Assembly: GCA_964610875.1 (NCBI GenBank)
Contig: CAZSWP010000007.1
Span: forward strand, 1-64,000
Direction: 5' to 3'
Source: an uncultured archaeon
GTDB lineage: Archaea; Asgardarchaeota; Thorarchaeia; Thorarchaeales; Thorarchaeaceae
DNA: 64,000 bases
This document shows positions 19,466-28,106 of this stretch, piece after piece. The first letter of the stretch is position 1. Every line of letters begins with the position of its first letter. Both the position numbers and the translations under genes were made by a program. The notes below the pieces were generated by a model. It searched no databases and was not told where the DNA came from. It saw only the letters and a program-made list of their open reading frames with translations.

Positions 19466-19603
19466 GTGTTCACATTCCTAACCTTATAGGAAAAATAATA
19501 CGCGAAGTCAAAGAAAAGGGTTACTACTGGCCGAAACAATGATTTTGACAGCAAAACCTGTGTGATTGTAGAAGGATGGTCTACAAATTATAATAAGAAT
19601 GTT

Positions 19604-20011
19604 TTATTCGTTGTCGATTCCTTCTCTTGTGTTTATTGAAGCAATTAATTCAATGAAACTTCTGAGTACAATAGCTCCAGATGCTCCAAGCATTCCTCCT
19701 ATTAGCACTATTATGATGAAAACAACCCATCCTAGTCCGGTAAGACCAAGGAGTGAAATAAAGAAGTTCGCGATATCCAATGCTTGAGCAGTTATGGAAA
19801 GACATACAAGAATTATTCCCCAGGCTCCTGCAACTCCTAGAAAACCTGCTATTCCACTCTTAAGGACTGATCTAGTGAATAATGCTGCAAATGCACCTGC
19901 TATTATCATGGTCACCCAGAGACCAGATGTCTGAAAGACAATAGCAATCGTAAGTACTACTACTATGGTAGGGATAACTCCCACCTCTGGGAAAATTGAA
20001 TCCATATCCAT
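19604..20011 (-). CDS. small multi-pass membrane protein
   Basis: about 4 hydrophobic helices; 11 nt downstream of the acylase gene with GGAGG SD. Confidence 0.7.
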   Translation of the reverse strand: MDMDSIFPEVGVIPTIVVVLTIAIVFQTSGLWVTMIIAGAFAALFTRSVLKSGIAGFLGVAGAWGIILVCLSITAQALDIANFFISLLGLTGLGWVVFIIIVLIGGMLGASGAIVLRSFIELIASINTREGIDNE

Positions 20012-20022
20012 TTTTTTCCCTC

Positions 20023-22605
20023 CTATCCAAGAAACTGGATTCTACGCTCTATCATAGTTCCTTCTGTGTCAGCATCAATGAATGCATCGAATGTTGAATA
20101 AAAATACAGGGGATGATAGCCATATTGTTGGGTTTCTTCATCGAAAGCATACCATAGTTCAAAGAGATCATCCCAATGTGGACTGAACATGCATCCACTC
20201 TGACCTCCTGGATATACACCGTAAGAATTGTTAATGTTTCCGAGATCTGCCACCAGTCGCCATGATGGACCATGTGTCACTCGCCAACCTCCCGCAGCTA
20301 ATAATGTATTTTGTCCTCTATGTGGTCCCCCTCCAATGTAAACTCCCCGTAATGCTAAATGATCTAGGTATACACGATGATGATTCCCATAGATCCAATC
20401 TGACGTGTTTGACCCAAAAGTTTCCTCGAGTTCAGTGACAGTTTCTTCAAAAGAGTAGGTCAGAATATCATCCCATGTTTCTACATTATCTGTTGTACCT
20501 TGGATATCGCAAAAGTATGTATCATTGTACTTCACAAACTGTTCTAGAATTGGAGTTCGGGAGAGAGGAATTCTTGTTGATACTTCAGAGACCTCGTCAA
20601 ATGCCAATCTATGAATATTCTCTCTGAGATATAACCAGAATGTCGGAGCTTGTTCATCGATATTCATAACATAATCCCAATCTTCTAACCAAGATATTGC
20701 TTCAAGTGCAAGTGATGAATCAGTACCATAATCGTCTAGGGCATCAAGAACAAAAGGAATGATTTCTTCAGCTCTGACTTCCAATGCATCTGCTTGAAAT
20801 TTTTTCATATCGTCAACAGTAACGCTGTCATCGTTAGAAAGTAGGAAGTCAATTCTTCTGCCTCTATAGCCGTCTGCAAAGGGTCCAAGTAAACTGTAGC
20901 CATAAATCGCAGGGTCTATGGGTCTTTGATTACACGACTGTAGATAATGTTGTGCTGGGTCCACTGATCTTGGAACATGTGCAAAGGGTATATTTCCAAT
21001 CCACCCAACAGAATCATTGAGGAGTTGTACAGGATATTCTCCAGTGTAACCCGACCTTATTGGAAAGCGTCCAGCTACAGTTAATGCAATATGTCCTGCA
21101 TCATCTGCGTAGATAATGTTTTGAGGTGGAGAATCCCACCAAAATAAAGCATCATGATATTCCTCCAGATTGTTAGCTTTGTTCAACTTTGCAAGTGACA
21201 TAACTTCATGAGTAACACCATTGCCTGTCCACATCATTGCTAGATTTTCTTCATTTTCATCATCAAAGTCATAATCATTATACACCGCATCAATACAAGG
21301 ACCATGTACTGACCACTTGACTTGGAAAGGAATGTCTGCTCCTTCTCGTGTTTTAATTATCTCTTCAATGATTTCAAAGTCTTTCCATTCTCCATTGTAT
21401 TCATATTGTTCCGAATCTTCCGGATTCAATTTTTCTACAATGATATCTACCACATCCGCACCTACATTTGTGAAACCCCATGCCATATGCGCAGTGTGAC
21501 CTAAAACAAATCCTGGCAACCCGGGGAATGAAACACCTGTAACATCTAGAATGCCTGGAACCACTACGTGAGCTTCATACCACAAAGCCGGTGCTTGAAA
21601 TCCCAAATGTGGATCATTAGCTAAGATGGGACTACCTGTTGCTGATTTTGTACCATCGACAGCCCAATTATTACTTCCAACTAAATCTCCTTCTCCGAAT
21701 GGATGAATTACGTTCTCTAAGAATGTGAGAAATTCTTCAAGCTTCTCTTCAGAGATATCTATTATTTCGAGTTTATCATCTGCAAGAACAATCTGTTCTG
21801 GTGTACCTTGGTTATTGCCTGGTGCGTTTGGATATTGACTAAGACTAAGATTGGTCTGCTCGGGTATAATGGGGACTGTGTAAGGCATCAAATCATTGAA
21901 TAATTGATTATACATGGTATCATTATCAAGTGAACTTCGAATGTACCATCTCTGAAAGTCTCTTACTCCTCCGGAGAGGCCCCATGTCATCATCTTCGCC
22001 CATATGAACACGTCAAGAGTTTTCCATGTTTCAGGTGTAAATCCAAGGATTTTCAATTCAATTGGAGTTGTAGCACTTGTCATAGAGTTAATGAATGCAT
22101 TAACACCATCAACTTCTGCTTGTACCATTCTTAGTGCATATGCTACATCCTCATTGTCTGTGTTATTCTGATACCATTCCAGAGTGAGTTCTGCTGATCT
22201 TCTCAAACCAATCGCTCTATAGTACTTATCAGAACTATTCGCGTAGCCTCCCACTATTTCACTAATTCTTCCAGCTGCAAGATAATTCTGCATGACCATT
22301 TGAAAGAGTCTCTCTCGTGCATGCAAGTAACCTAAGACAAGATGAGCATCTTCGGCAGTAGTCGCGTAAATATGAGGTATACCAAATTCATCAATAATTA
22401 CATTTACCTCATCACTCAGTCCTTCAATTGTTATTATCTGTGATTCGGGTTCTTGAACTCCAAGCCCTACATCAAATATGCCCCCAATCGGTTGTAGTAT
22501 ACCAAGACCTCCAGATAAAGGACCTATTGGCATCGTAAGAATGATGATCAATGCAATAGGAGGAGCTAACGAAAAAATGAACTTGATAACCTTTCTCTGT
22601 TTCAT
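20023..22605 (-). CDS. penicillin acylase family (S45 Ntn-hydrolase), membrane anchored
   Basis: DEFGIPHIYA, GYLHARERLFQM, GSNNW nucleophile, ILANDPHL, PGGQSG. Confidence 0.93.
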   Translation of the reverse strand: MKQRKVIKFIFSLAPPIALIIILTMPIGPLSGGLGILQPIGGIFDVGLGVQEPESQIITIEGLSDEVNVIIDEFGIPHIYATTAEDAHLVLGYLHARERLFQMVMQNYLAAGRISEIVGGYANSSDKYYRAIGLRRSAELTLEWYQNNTDNEDVAYALRMVQAEVDGVNAFINSMTSATTPIELKILGFTPETWKTLDVFIWAKMMTWGLSGGVRDFQRWYIRSSLDNDTMYNQLFNDLMPYTVPIIPEQTNLSLSQYPNAPGNNQGTPEQIVLADDKLEIIDISEEKLEEFLTFLENVIHPFGEGDLVGSNNWAVDGTKSATGSPILANDPHLGFQAPALWYEAHVVVPGILDVTGVSFPGLPGFVLGHTAHMAWGFTNVGADVVDIIVEKLNPEDSEQYEYNGEWKDFEIIEEIIKTREGADIPFQVKWSVHGPCIDAVYNDYDFDDENEENLAMMWTGNGVTHEVMSLAKLNKANNLEEYHDALFWWDSPPQNIIYADDAGHIALTVAGRFPIRSGYTGEYPVQLLNDSVGWIGNIPFAHVPRSVDPAQHYLQSCNQRPIDPAIYGYSLLGPFADGYRGRRIDFLLSNDDSVTVDDMKKFQADALEVRAEEIIPFVLDALDDYGTDSSLALEAISWLEDWDYVMNIDEQAPTFWLYLRENIHRLAFDEVSEVSTRIPLSRTPILEQFVKYNDTYFCDIQGTTDNVETWDDILTYSFEETVTELEETFGSNTSDWIYGNHHRVYLDHLALRGVYIGGGPHRGQNTLLAAGGWRVTHGPSWRLVADLGNINNSYGVYPGGQSGCMFSPHWDDLFELWYAFDEETQQYGYHPLYFYSTFDAFIDADTEGTMIERRIQFLG

Positions 22606-22729
22606 AATACTCGCCTTACACTACATGGATTATTCTAGGTAGATAGCTTCGGTGCCTCATAAAACTTGGGAAAATCAAAATATCTCGAATTCACTAACTA
22701 GAATTACGTATCTTCCATATGACAAATGC

Positions 22730-23180
22730 TCATAAATTCGGATACATGAATATATCTAGGTGCTTCATTGAATCACTTGTCGTAGAAATGTAAAACCCTG
22801 CCTTTTTAAAAAGTAACTTCAGTTTTCTTAATTCTTCTTCACTCACACAAAGGTCATAGGTTCCTAATGTACTTAGTATCTCATATCCATATGCAGTTAG
22901 CCATAATCTCTGTATATATAAAAAAAAGTACTGGGATTTCAACATCTGGTAAATCTAATGATTCATGGTCTGTGATTCTTACTACACATTCATTCATTTC
23001 CTGCTCTCTTCTTTCAATTATTTCTGGGATATGCACAGCAAGACTTGTTTGTGCTAACTTATCCATATCCATGAATAAAGAGGACTCACGTTTACTAAAA
23101 TAATCATGAGTTATTGGTATCGGCTCTTTCTCAACCTCTCGTCTAGATATTTTGCCCATCAAGCTCAACAATGCCGCCAT
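22730..23180 (-). pseudogene. hypothetical protein split by a 1-nt frameshift in a T8 run
   Basis: ORFs 22881-23180 and 22730-22945 join into one ~150 aa frame if the homopolymer at 22920-22927 is one base shorter. Confidence 0.5.
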
Positions 23181-23385
23181 TTTTATCGAATTCTAGTCCC
23201 CTCGGGATTCTACGACTTGTCGATTCAGTCCATATTTCCACTTCAGCATCCACGAATTCCATCTACAATCCACCATAACAATAGATTTTCATCTGGGGGA
23301 TATATCTGCACCATGATTTTCAACTAAGCCCATTGACAACCTTTTTCTTTAGGTTAGTTCTTTTTTGATGGGCTGGTGAGCCACA

Positions 23386-24432
23386 TTGGTAAAGACTGAA
23401 ACATTTAGAGGTAGGGATTACATAACCCTACTAGACTACACGAAAGAGGAGATTGAAACTCTCATTGACGTGGCAATTGATTTGAAGAAAAAATACGCAT
23501 TATGGGAACCTCATAAATTCCTGGATGCAAAGACACTCTTCATGATTTTCTATAACCAATCATTGCGAACAAGAAACTCATTCGAAGCAGGAATGACACA
23601 ACTTGGTGGTCATGCACATTTTCTTGACCCCAGTAAAATATATGCTCCTGCCCTAGAAGGAGATGAGAAAGCCTATTCCACAGAACGCGTTTCAGATGTA
23701 GCACGTGTTCTTGCTAGAATGGGTCAAGGGATAGCTATCAGATGTTATGGTGATCCTGTTGGTTGGCAATATGGACGCGCAAATGAGATTCTCAAAAATT
23801 TCGCTCATTGGTCTCATGTACCCGTTATCAACATGGAAGACGACAAGTATCATCCATGCCAAGCTCTTGCTGATGTAATGACAGTAAAGGAGAAGTTTGG
23901 CAAGTTCAGAGATGTCAAGTTTGTTATGAGTTGGGCATACTCTCCTTCAGTACACAAACCACTTGCAGTTCCTCAGAGTGCTGTTATTGCAGCAACAAAG
24001 ATGGGTTGTGAAACCGTTCTTGCCCATCCTAAGGGAATGGAGCTTGATGATGAAGTTATCAGACAGTGCAAGATGTTCGCTGAGGAAAATGAATCCTGCT
24101 TCGATATAGTTTATGACATGGATGAAGCATTTGAAGGAGCACATGTTGTTTATCCTAAAGCTTGGACATGTCGTGATTTCATTCCTCCTTGGAATAAGAC
24201 TCCAGAACTTGAGAGGAGTCAAGAGATATTTGACAAGAACAAGCATTGGATCTGTGATGATGAGAAAATGAAGATTGCTGGTTCTCAAGCTAAGTACATG
24301 CATTGCTTACCTTGTGATAGAGGATTTGAGGTTTCTAACTCAGTGATTGATGGTCCTCAATCTATTGCTTTTGATCAAGCAGAGAATAGAATGCATGCAC
24401 AAAAAGCTGTAATGGCACTTACAATGAGATAG
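23386..24432 (+). CDS. ornithine carbamoyltransferase-like protein, knotted (YgeW/N-acylornithine-type) subfamily
   Basis: SLRT, HPCQ, WAYSPSVHKPLAVPQS, VYPKAW, HCLP, QAENRMH. Confidence 0.85.
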   Translation: MVKTETFRGRDYITLLDYTKEEIETLIDVAIDLKKKYALWEPHKFLDAKTLFMIFYNQSLRTRNSFEAGMTQLGGHAHFLDPSKIYAPALEGDEKAYSTERVSDVARVLARMGQGIAIRCYGDPVGWQYGRANEILKNFAHWSHVPVINMEDDKYHPCQALADVMTVKEKFGKFRDVKFVMSWAYSPSVHKPLAVPQSAVIAATKMGCETVLAHPKGMELDDEVIRQCKMFAEENESCFDIVYDMDEAFEGAHVVYPKAWTCRDFIPPWNKTPELERSQEIFDKNKHWICDDEKMKIAGSQAKYMHCLPCDRGFEVSNSVIDGPQSIAFDQAENRMHAQKAVMALTMR

Positions 24433-24441
24433 ATGTAAAAA

Positions 24442-24472
24442 GGTAGGACATCTGTCCTACCATTCACTTTTC
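24442..24472 (+). terminator. hairpin plus pyrimidine tract
   Basis: GGTAGGACA-TC-TGTCCTACC then ATTCACTTTTCT. Confidence 0.55.
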
Positions 24473-24624
24473 TTGATTACATAGACTTGTTATCAAACTA
24501 ATTTTGTGGAAAATCACTAATTTTGCCTGGTTTGGATAATGTCGAATCCACATTCACTAGTTTTGCATATATGATAGACAATAATATTAGATATTGTGTC
24601 ATAAGGAATAATGGCGGTTATGAG

Positions 24625-25227
24625 ATGGGAGTCCATCTGGAACTAATGGTGAAATACCTCGTGCATCAGCAGTTCTATTCGGAAGATGAAGGTGTCATCT
24701 ATAGTCGAGATAAATCAGTCCAGATGAGAGTTCCCGGTGCGAAGCAAGCCATTGAAAGTTTCATAGATAGTCTAATGCAACCCATTGATTATCTTAAATC
24801 CGGCTCGTATAGAAAATACCTCGAACATGTTAAAGAATCGATTCCTTTCGATGTAGATAAGGTCGAAGCTAAATTCGCAAAGAGTGTAAAGGACTTGGAT
24901 CAGGAAGAAAGGAGTCTTGAGATTATCGCCAACTTTCTTGTAGGGGCCATTAGGTCGGATATACAAACTGAAGCGTTTGAATCTCAGATGAGTAGTATCC
25001 GAAAAATTGCTGTTAGTAAACTGGAAACCGATAATCCTGAGCAAATAATAACTGAAAGGCTATCAAATCTCTATGCAATGAGCAACTCAGATATATCTAT
25101 GCTCTATAGTCTTGCTTTATTAGAAAAACTAGTGAAAAACTACGGTGACAGGAAAAATTGCGAATTTATTGGACATCTAATTTCACTTCGACAGAAAGAA
25201 ATTGTGAGTGTCTTGCTTAGAGAGTGA
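24625..25227 (+). CDS. hypothetical helical protein
   Basis: long ORF (frame open from 24523); probable ATG 24625; no recognised motif. Confidence 0.6.
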   Translation: MGVHLELMVKYLVHQQFYSEDEGVIYSRDKSVQMRVPGAKQAIESFIDSLMQPIDYLKSGSYRKYLEHVKESIPFDVDKVEAKFAKSVKDLDQEERSLEIIANFLVGAIRSDIQTEAFESQMSSIRKIAVSKLETDNPEQIITERLSNLYAMSNSDISMLYSLALLEKLVKNYGDRKNCEFIGHLISLRQKEIVSVLLRE

Positions 25228-25379
25228 ATCTTTTTATCCAATTGTATTCTCTTCATAATTCAGACGTAGAATCGTACTTTAAACCATACACAGTTTGGAG
25301 TATATAAAATCACGTTGAGATTGCTTAGTTAACAGACCTTAATATAGAATCCATTGCATAATTATATGGTGAGATATAC

Positions 25380-25622
25380 ATGCAGCGCGTGACATACTGT
25401 CTAGCTTGTGGTGTGCCACTAGTTAAGAAAGAAGATTTTGGGGGAGGAAATCCTGAAAATAGATATTGCTGCAATTGTTCAGATGAAAAAGGAAATCTTC
25501 TCAAAGAACCCACTATACGTGATGGTATAATGAGATTTTGGAGATCTCGAAACCGAGGAGGTAACACTCCAAGTGAGAGTTTCTCTAGAAATATTGAGCC
25601 CATGCATCAAGTAAGACAGTAA
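25380..25622 (+). CDS. small zinc-ribbon protein (CxxC...CxxC)
   Basis: YCLACGVPL...DFGGG...YCCNC; GGTGA SD. Confidence 0.7.
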   Translation: MQRVTYCLACGVPLVKKEDFGGGNPENRYCCNCSDEKGNLLKEPTIRDGIMRFWRSRNRGGNTPSESFSRNIEPMHQVRQ

Positions 25623-25761
25623 GAATACATAAATCCCTCTCTCTCTACAAGAGCTCTCGACTCTCACCTCTTATCTCCCCCTATTCTTTTTTAAATTCCA
25701 ATCAGCAATAGATACTATTCATTTTTCCCGATACACCTAAAACATATTCCACTACTCTTTC

Positions 25762-26805
25762 TTGGCTGTGATTACAATGGTCGAGTTATACAATCGTGAT
25801 TTGCTTTGCACACAAGATTGGAGTGTTGAAGAACTTGAAAAGACATTGGACTTGTCCTTTGAATTCAAGAAAAACCGATACGATCACCCATTGAATAACT
25901 GTCTTGATCGACGAACCTTCTTCATGTTCTTCTATAATCCCTCTGTAAGAACGCGTCAATCATTTGAAGCTGCTGCAACCGAGCTTGGTGGGCATGCTCA
26001 GTTTTTAGAACCAAAAACAATGCGATTGAAAACTGGGAAGAGTGCAGGTGAAACGATAGAAGATGCTGCAAATGTCATGAGTCGTTATTCAGTAGGTATA
26101 GGAATCAGAATATTGGAATCTGCTCTGGAGTATTATGGTCAAGGTCATGAGTTGCTACAACAATATGCTGAACATGCAAGTGTTCCAATTGTCAGCATGG
26201 CTCATGATCGTTTTCATCCCTGTCAAGGACTTGCTGATGTGATGGGTTATAGAATGCACGCTGGAAAGGATTTGAAAGGCAAAAAGATTCTGCAGGTTTG
26301 GGGCAAAGGTGCCCTAGTACGGTCATGGTGTTCTGTACAGGAAAGCATTCTGATTACTTCCAGACTTGGCATGGACGTAACACTTGCCTATCCGAAGGGT
26401 TATGATCTAGATCCTGAAGTCTATAAATGGTGTGAAGAGAATGCGGAGTCATCAGGAAGCAGATTCGAGATTGTTCATGATTTGGAAGAGGGATACAAGG
26501 ATGCTGACATCGTGTATAGCAGAAATTGGATGACTGACAGATTTTATGACATGATGACAAAGCATGGTATTGATGAAGCAAAGAAGAAAGAGATTGAAAT
26601 AGCATCAAAATATGATGACTGGATTTGTACGAATGAGTGGATGTCGAAAACCAATGATGCCTTCTTTACACACTGTGGTCCAGTAGATCGGAACGCAGAA
26701 GTAACTGATGAAGTCTGTGATGGTCCGCGTTCAATAGTTTATGATGTCGCTGAGAATCGTCTTCATGTACAAAAGGCAATAATGGCTCTTACAATGGGTT
26801 TGTGA
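25762..26805 (+). CDS. second ornithine carbamoyltransferase-like protein (atypical HCGP motif)
   Basis: SVRT, HPCQ, YSRNW, HCGP, AENRLH. Confidence 0.85.
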   Translation: MAVITMVELYNRDLLCTQDWSVEELEKTLDLSFEFKKNRYDHPLNNCLDRRTFFMFFYNPSVRTRQSFEAAATELGGHAQFLEPKTMRLKTGKSAGETIEDAANVMSRYSVGIGIRILESALEYYGQGHELLQQYAEHASVPIVSMAHDRFHPCQGLADVMGYRMHAGKDLKGKKILQVWGKGALVRSWCSVQESILITSRLGMDVTLAYPKGYDLDPEVYKWCEENAESSGSRFEIVHDLEEGYKDADIVYSRNWMTDRFYDMMTKHGIDEAKKKEIEIASKYDDWICTNEWMSKTNDAFFTHCGPVDRNAEVTDEVCDGPRSIVYDVAENRLHVQKAIMALTMGL

Positions 26806-26843
26806 CAGCCACAATAATCTTAGACAACTACTTGAAAGAATGT

Positions 26844-27030
26844 GTTGGACTTTGTGTAGTCTGCTGTGGTACCTGAGTGCAGAGGTCAACCTGACACGTA
26901 CATGACCTCAGAGTCGTTCCCATTGCTGCTTCTGGGAGGACAACACTCTGGTGTCCAAGTTTGTCCAACTTACAATGAACGGTAAGAAACAATCACTTCG
27001 GATAATTGGAACTGAGTATCAGCTCATCCA
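26844..27030. ncRNA. candidate structured non-coding RNA
   Basis: nested complementary segments forming a multi-helix junction in an intergenic gap with no ORF in the track. Confidence 0.35.
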
Positions 27031-27084
27031 TTTTTCCTTACAATATTTTAGGTCAGTGTTATTTATGGTTAGGATAAAAGCGCG

Positions 27085-27990
27085 TTACCAAGCGCCTTCA
27101 GTTGTATGAAATGCATTCATCAGCAAGTACATAATTATCGATATTAGCACTATGACAGCAAAGAAACCAATTACAAATGTCGTACCTGATAACTGATTCC
27201 AGAAAAAGCTGCCTCCAAAGTATTCATTCCAATATATCCCCCCAGTCATGATACCGATAGTAGTAAGTACGAATGGAATACTCACAAAGACGATTATGGC
27301 AATTGAGATATACCCTGCTCGTTTCATCCAGACACGTTTACTGCTTACTAGTGTTTCTTCAACAATTTCGTACTCTCTTTGTTCCATTCTCTCTTTAGGC
27401 ACTTTTATTCCACTCAATAATATTCTATCATGAATCCGATCATATTTCGCTCTCCAGTATCTCTTGAAACCTTTTACTGAAATATCTCTGTCCTTGGTTA
27501 ACAATTTCCCTACAGCAAAGAATGTCAGTATTCCTCCTACAATGCCCCAAAAGATTGGTGCCATATCTCCGTAATAAAGAAGAACATTGTAGATCACGGC
27601 ACCGACTCTAAGGGCTATAAGTCCTGCAAGCCAAGCCTTGTGTTGACCAAAGATGCTTGACCTAGTGTGAATATAATATGATCCCGCAATCATAGCAAAT
27701 ATCGCAAAGGATAGAATATCTATGATTATCCAAAGAATCCATAGCTCGCTTGTAAGAGCAAAACGAACAAGCGGATTATACTCGTATTCAGGACCATGCG
27801 TTTGTACTAGAAGAAATGTGTATAAAGCGTCTATGAAACCTATTGGGGAAAGTGCAAGAACTAATCCTCTTACCCATTTTTCTCTCCACCAGAGAGATAG
27901 CATCTGCTTGGTTGTCATAGAAGATAATGTAGCTTCTCCTTGAGTACTGGACATTACTAATCTGACCTGACTTGGCATAAACATCTGCAT
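27085..27990 (-). CDS. multi-pass membrane protein with DUF5658-like N-terminus
   Basis: IDALYT...EYNPLV motif, 6-7 TMs. Confidence 0.65.
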   Translation of the reverse strand: MQMFMPSQVRLVMSSTQGEATLSSMTTKQMLSLWWREKWVRGLVLALSPIGFIDALYTFLLVQTHGPEYEYNPLVRFALTSELWILWIIIDILSFAIFAMIAGSYYIHTRSSIFGQHKAWLAGLIALRVGAVIYNVLLYYGDMAPIFWGIVGGILTFFAVGKLLTKDRDISVKGFKRYWRAKYDRIHDRILLSGIKVPKERMEQREYEIVEETLVSSKRVWMKRAGYISIAIIVFVSIPFVLTTIGIMTGGIYWNEYFGGSFFWNQLSGTTFVIGFFAVIVLISIIMYLLMNAFHTTEGAW

Positions 27991-28040
27991 CTTTAAAGCT
28001 CTCTATCTCAGTATAATTTTGAAGATGTTGCGCTTTTTGC

Positions 28041-28085
28041 AAAAAAAAAGAGAACGAGAGCAGAGAGTTGCTCTCTCTGCCTCTT
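28041..28085 (-). terminator. hairpin plus T9 tract after peptide-binding protein gene
   Basis: GCAGAGAG/CTCTCTGC stem (28060-28080); A9 on + strand = T9 on - strand. Confidence 0.6.
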
Positions 28086-28106
28086 TGGTTTTGTGTCTAT
28101 GCTTGA

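Noticed and set aside
25630-25695. CT-rich low-complexity stretch
   Set aside because: No regular repeat unit; likely a pyrimidine-rich terminator region.
26860-26880. Minus-strand CAGG...AGCAG as SRP RNA helix 8
   Set aside because: Lacks the intervening stem and GNRA tetraloop; no Alu domain or long helix 5.
26802-26978. Cys-rich micro-ORF (MTATIILDNYLKECVGLCVVCCGT) overlapping the transcarbamylase stop, with possible Sec readthrough
   Set aside because: No recognisable family or SECIS; the readthrough product looks random; RNA structure explains the region better.
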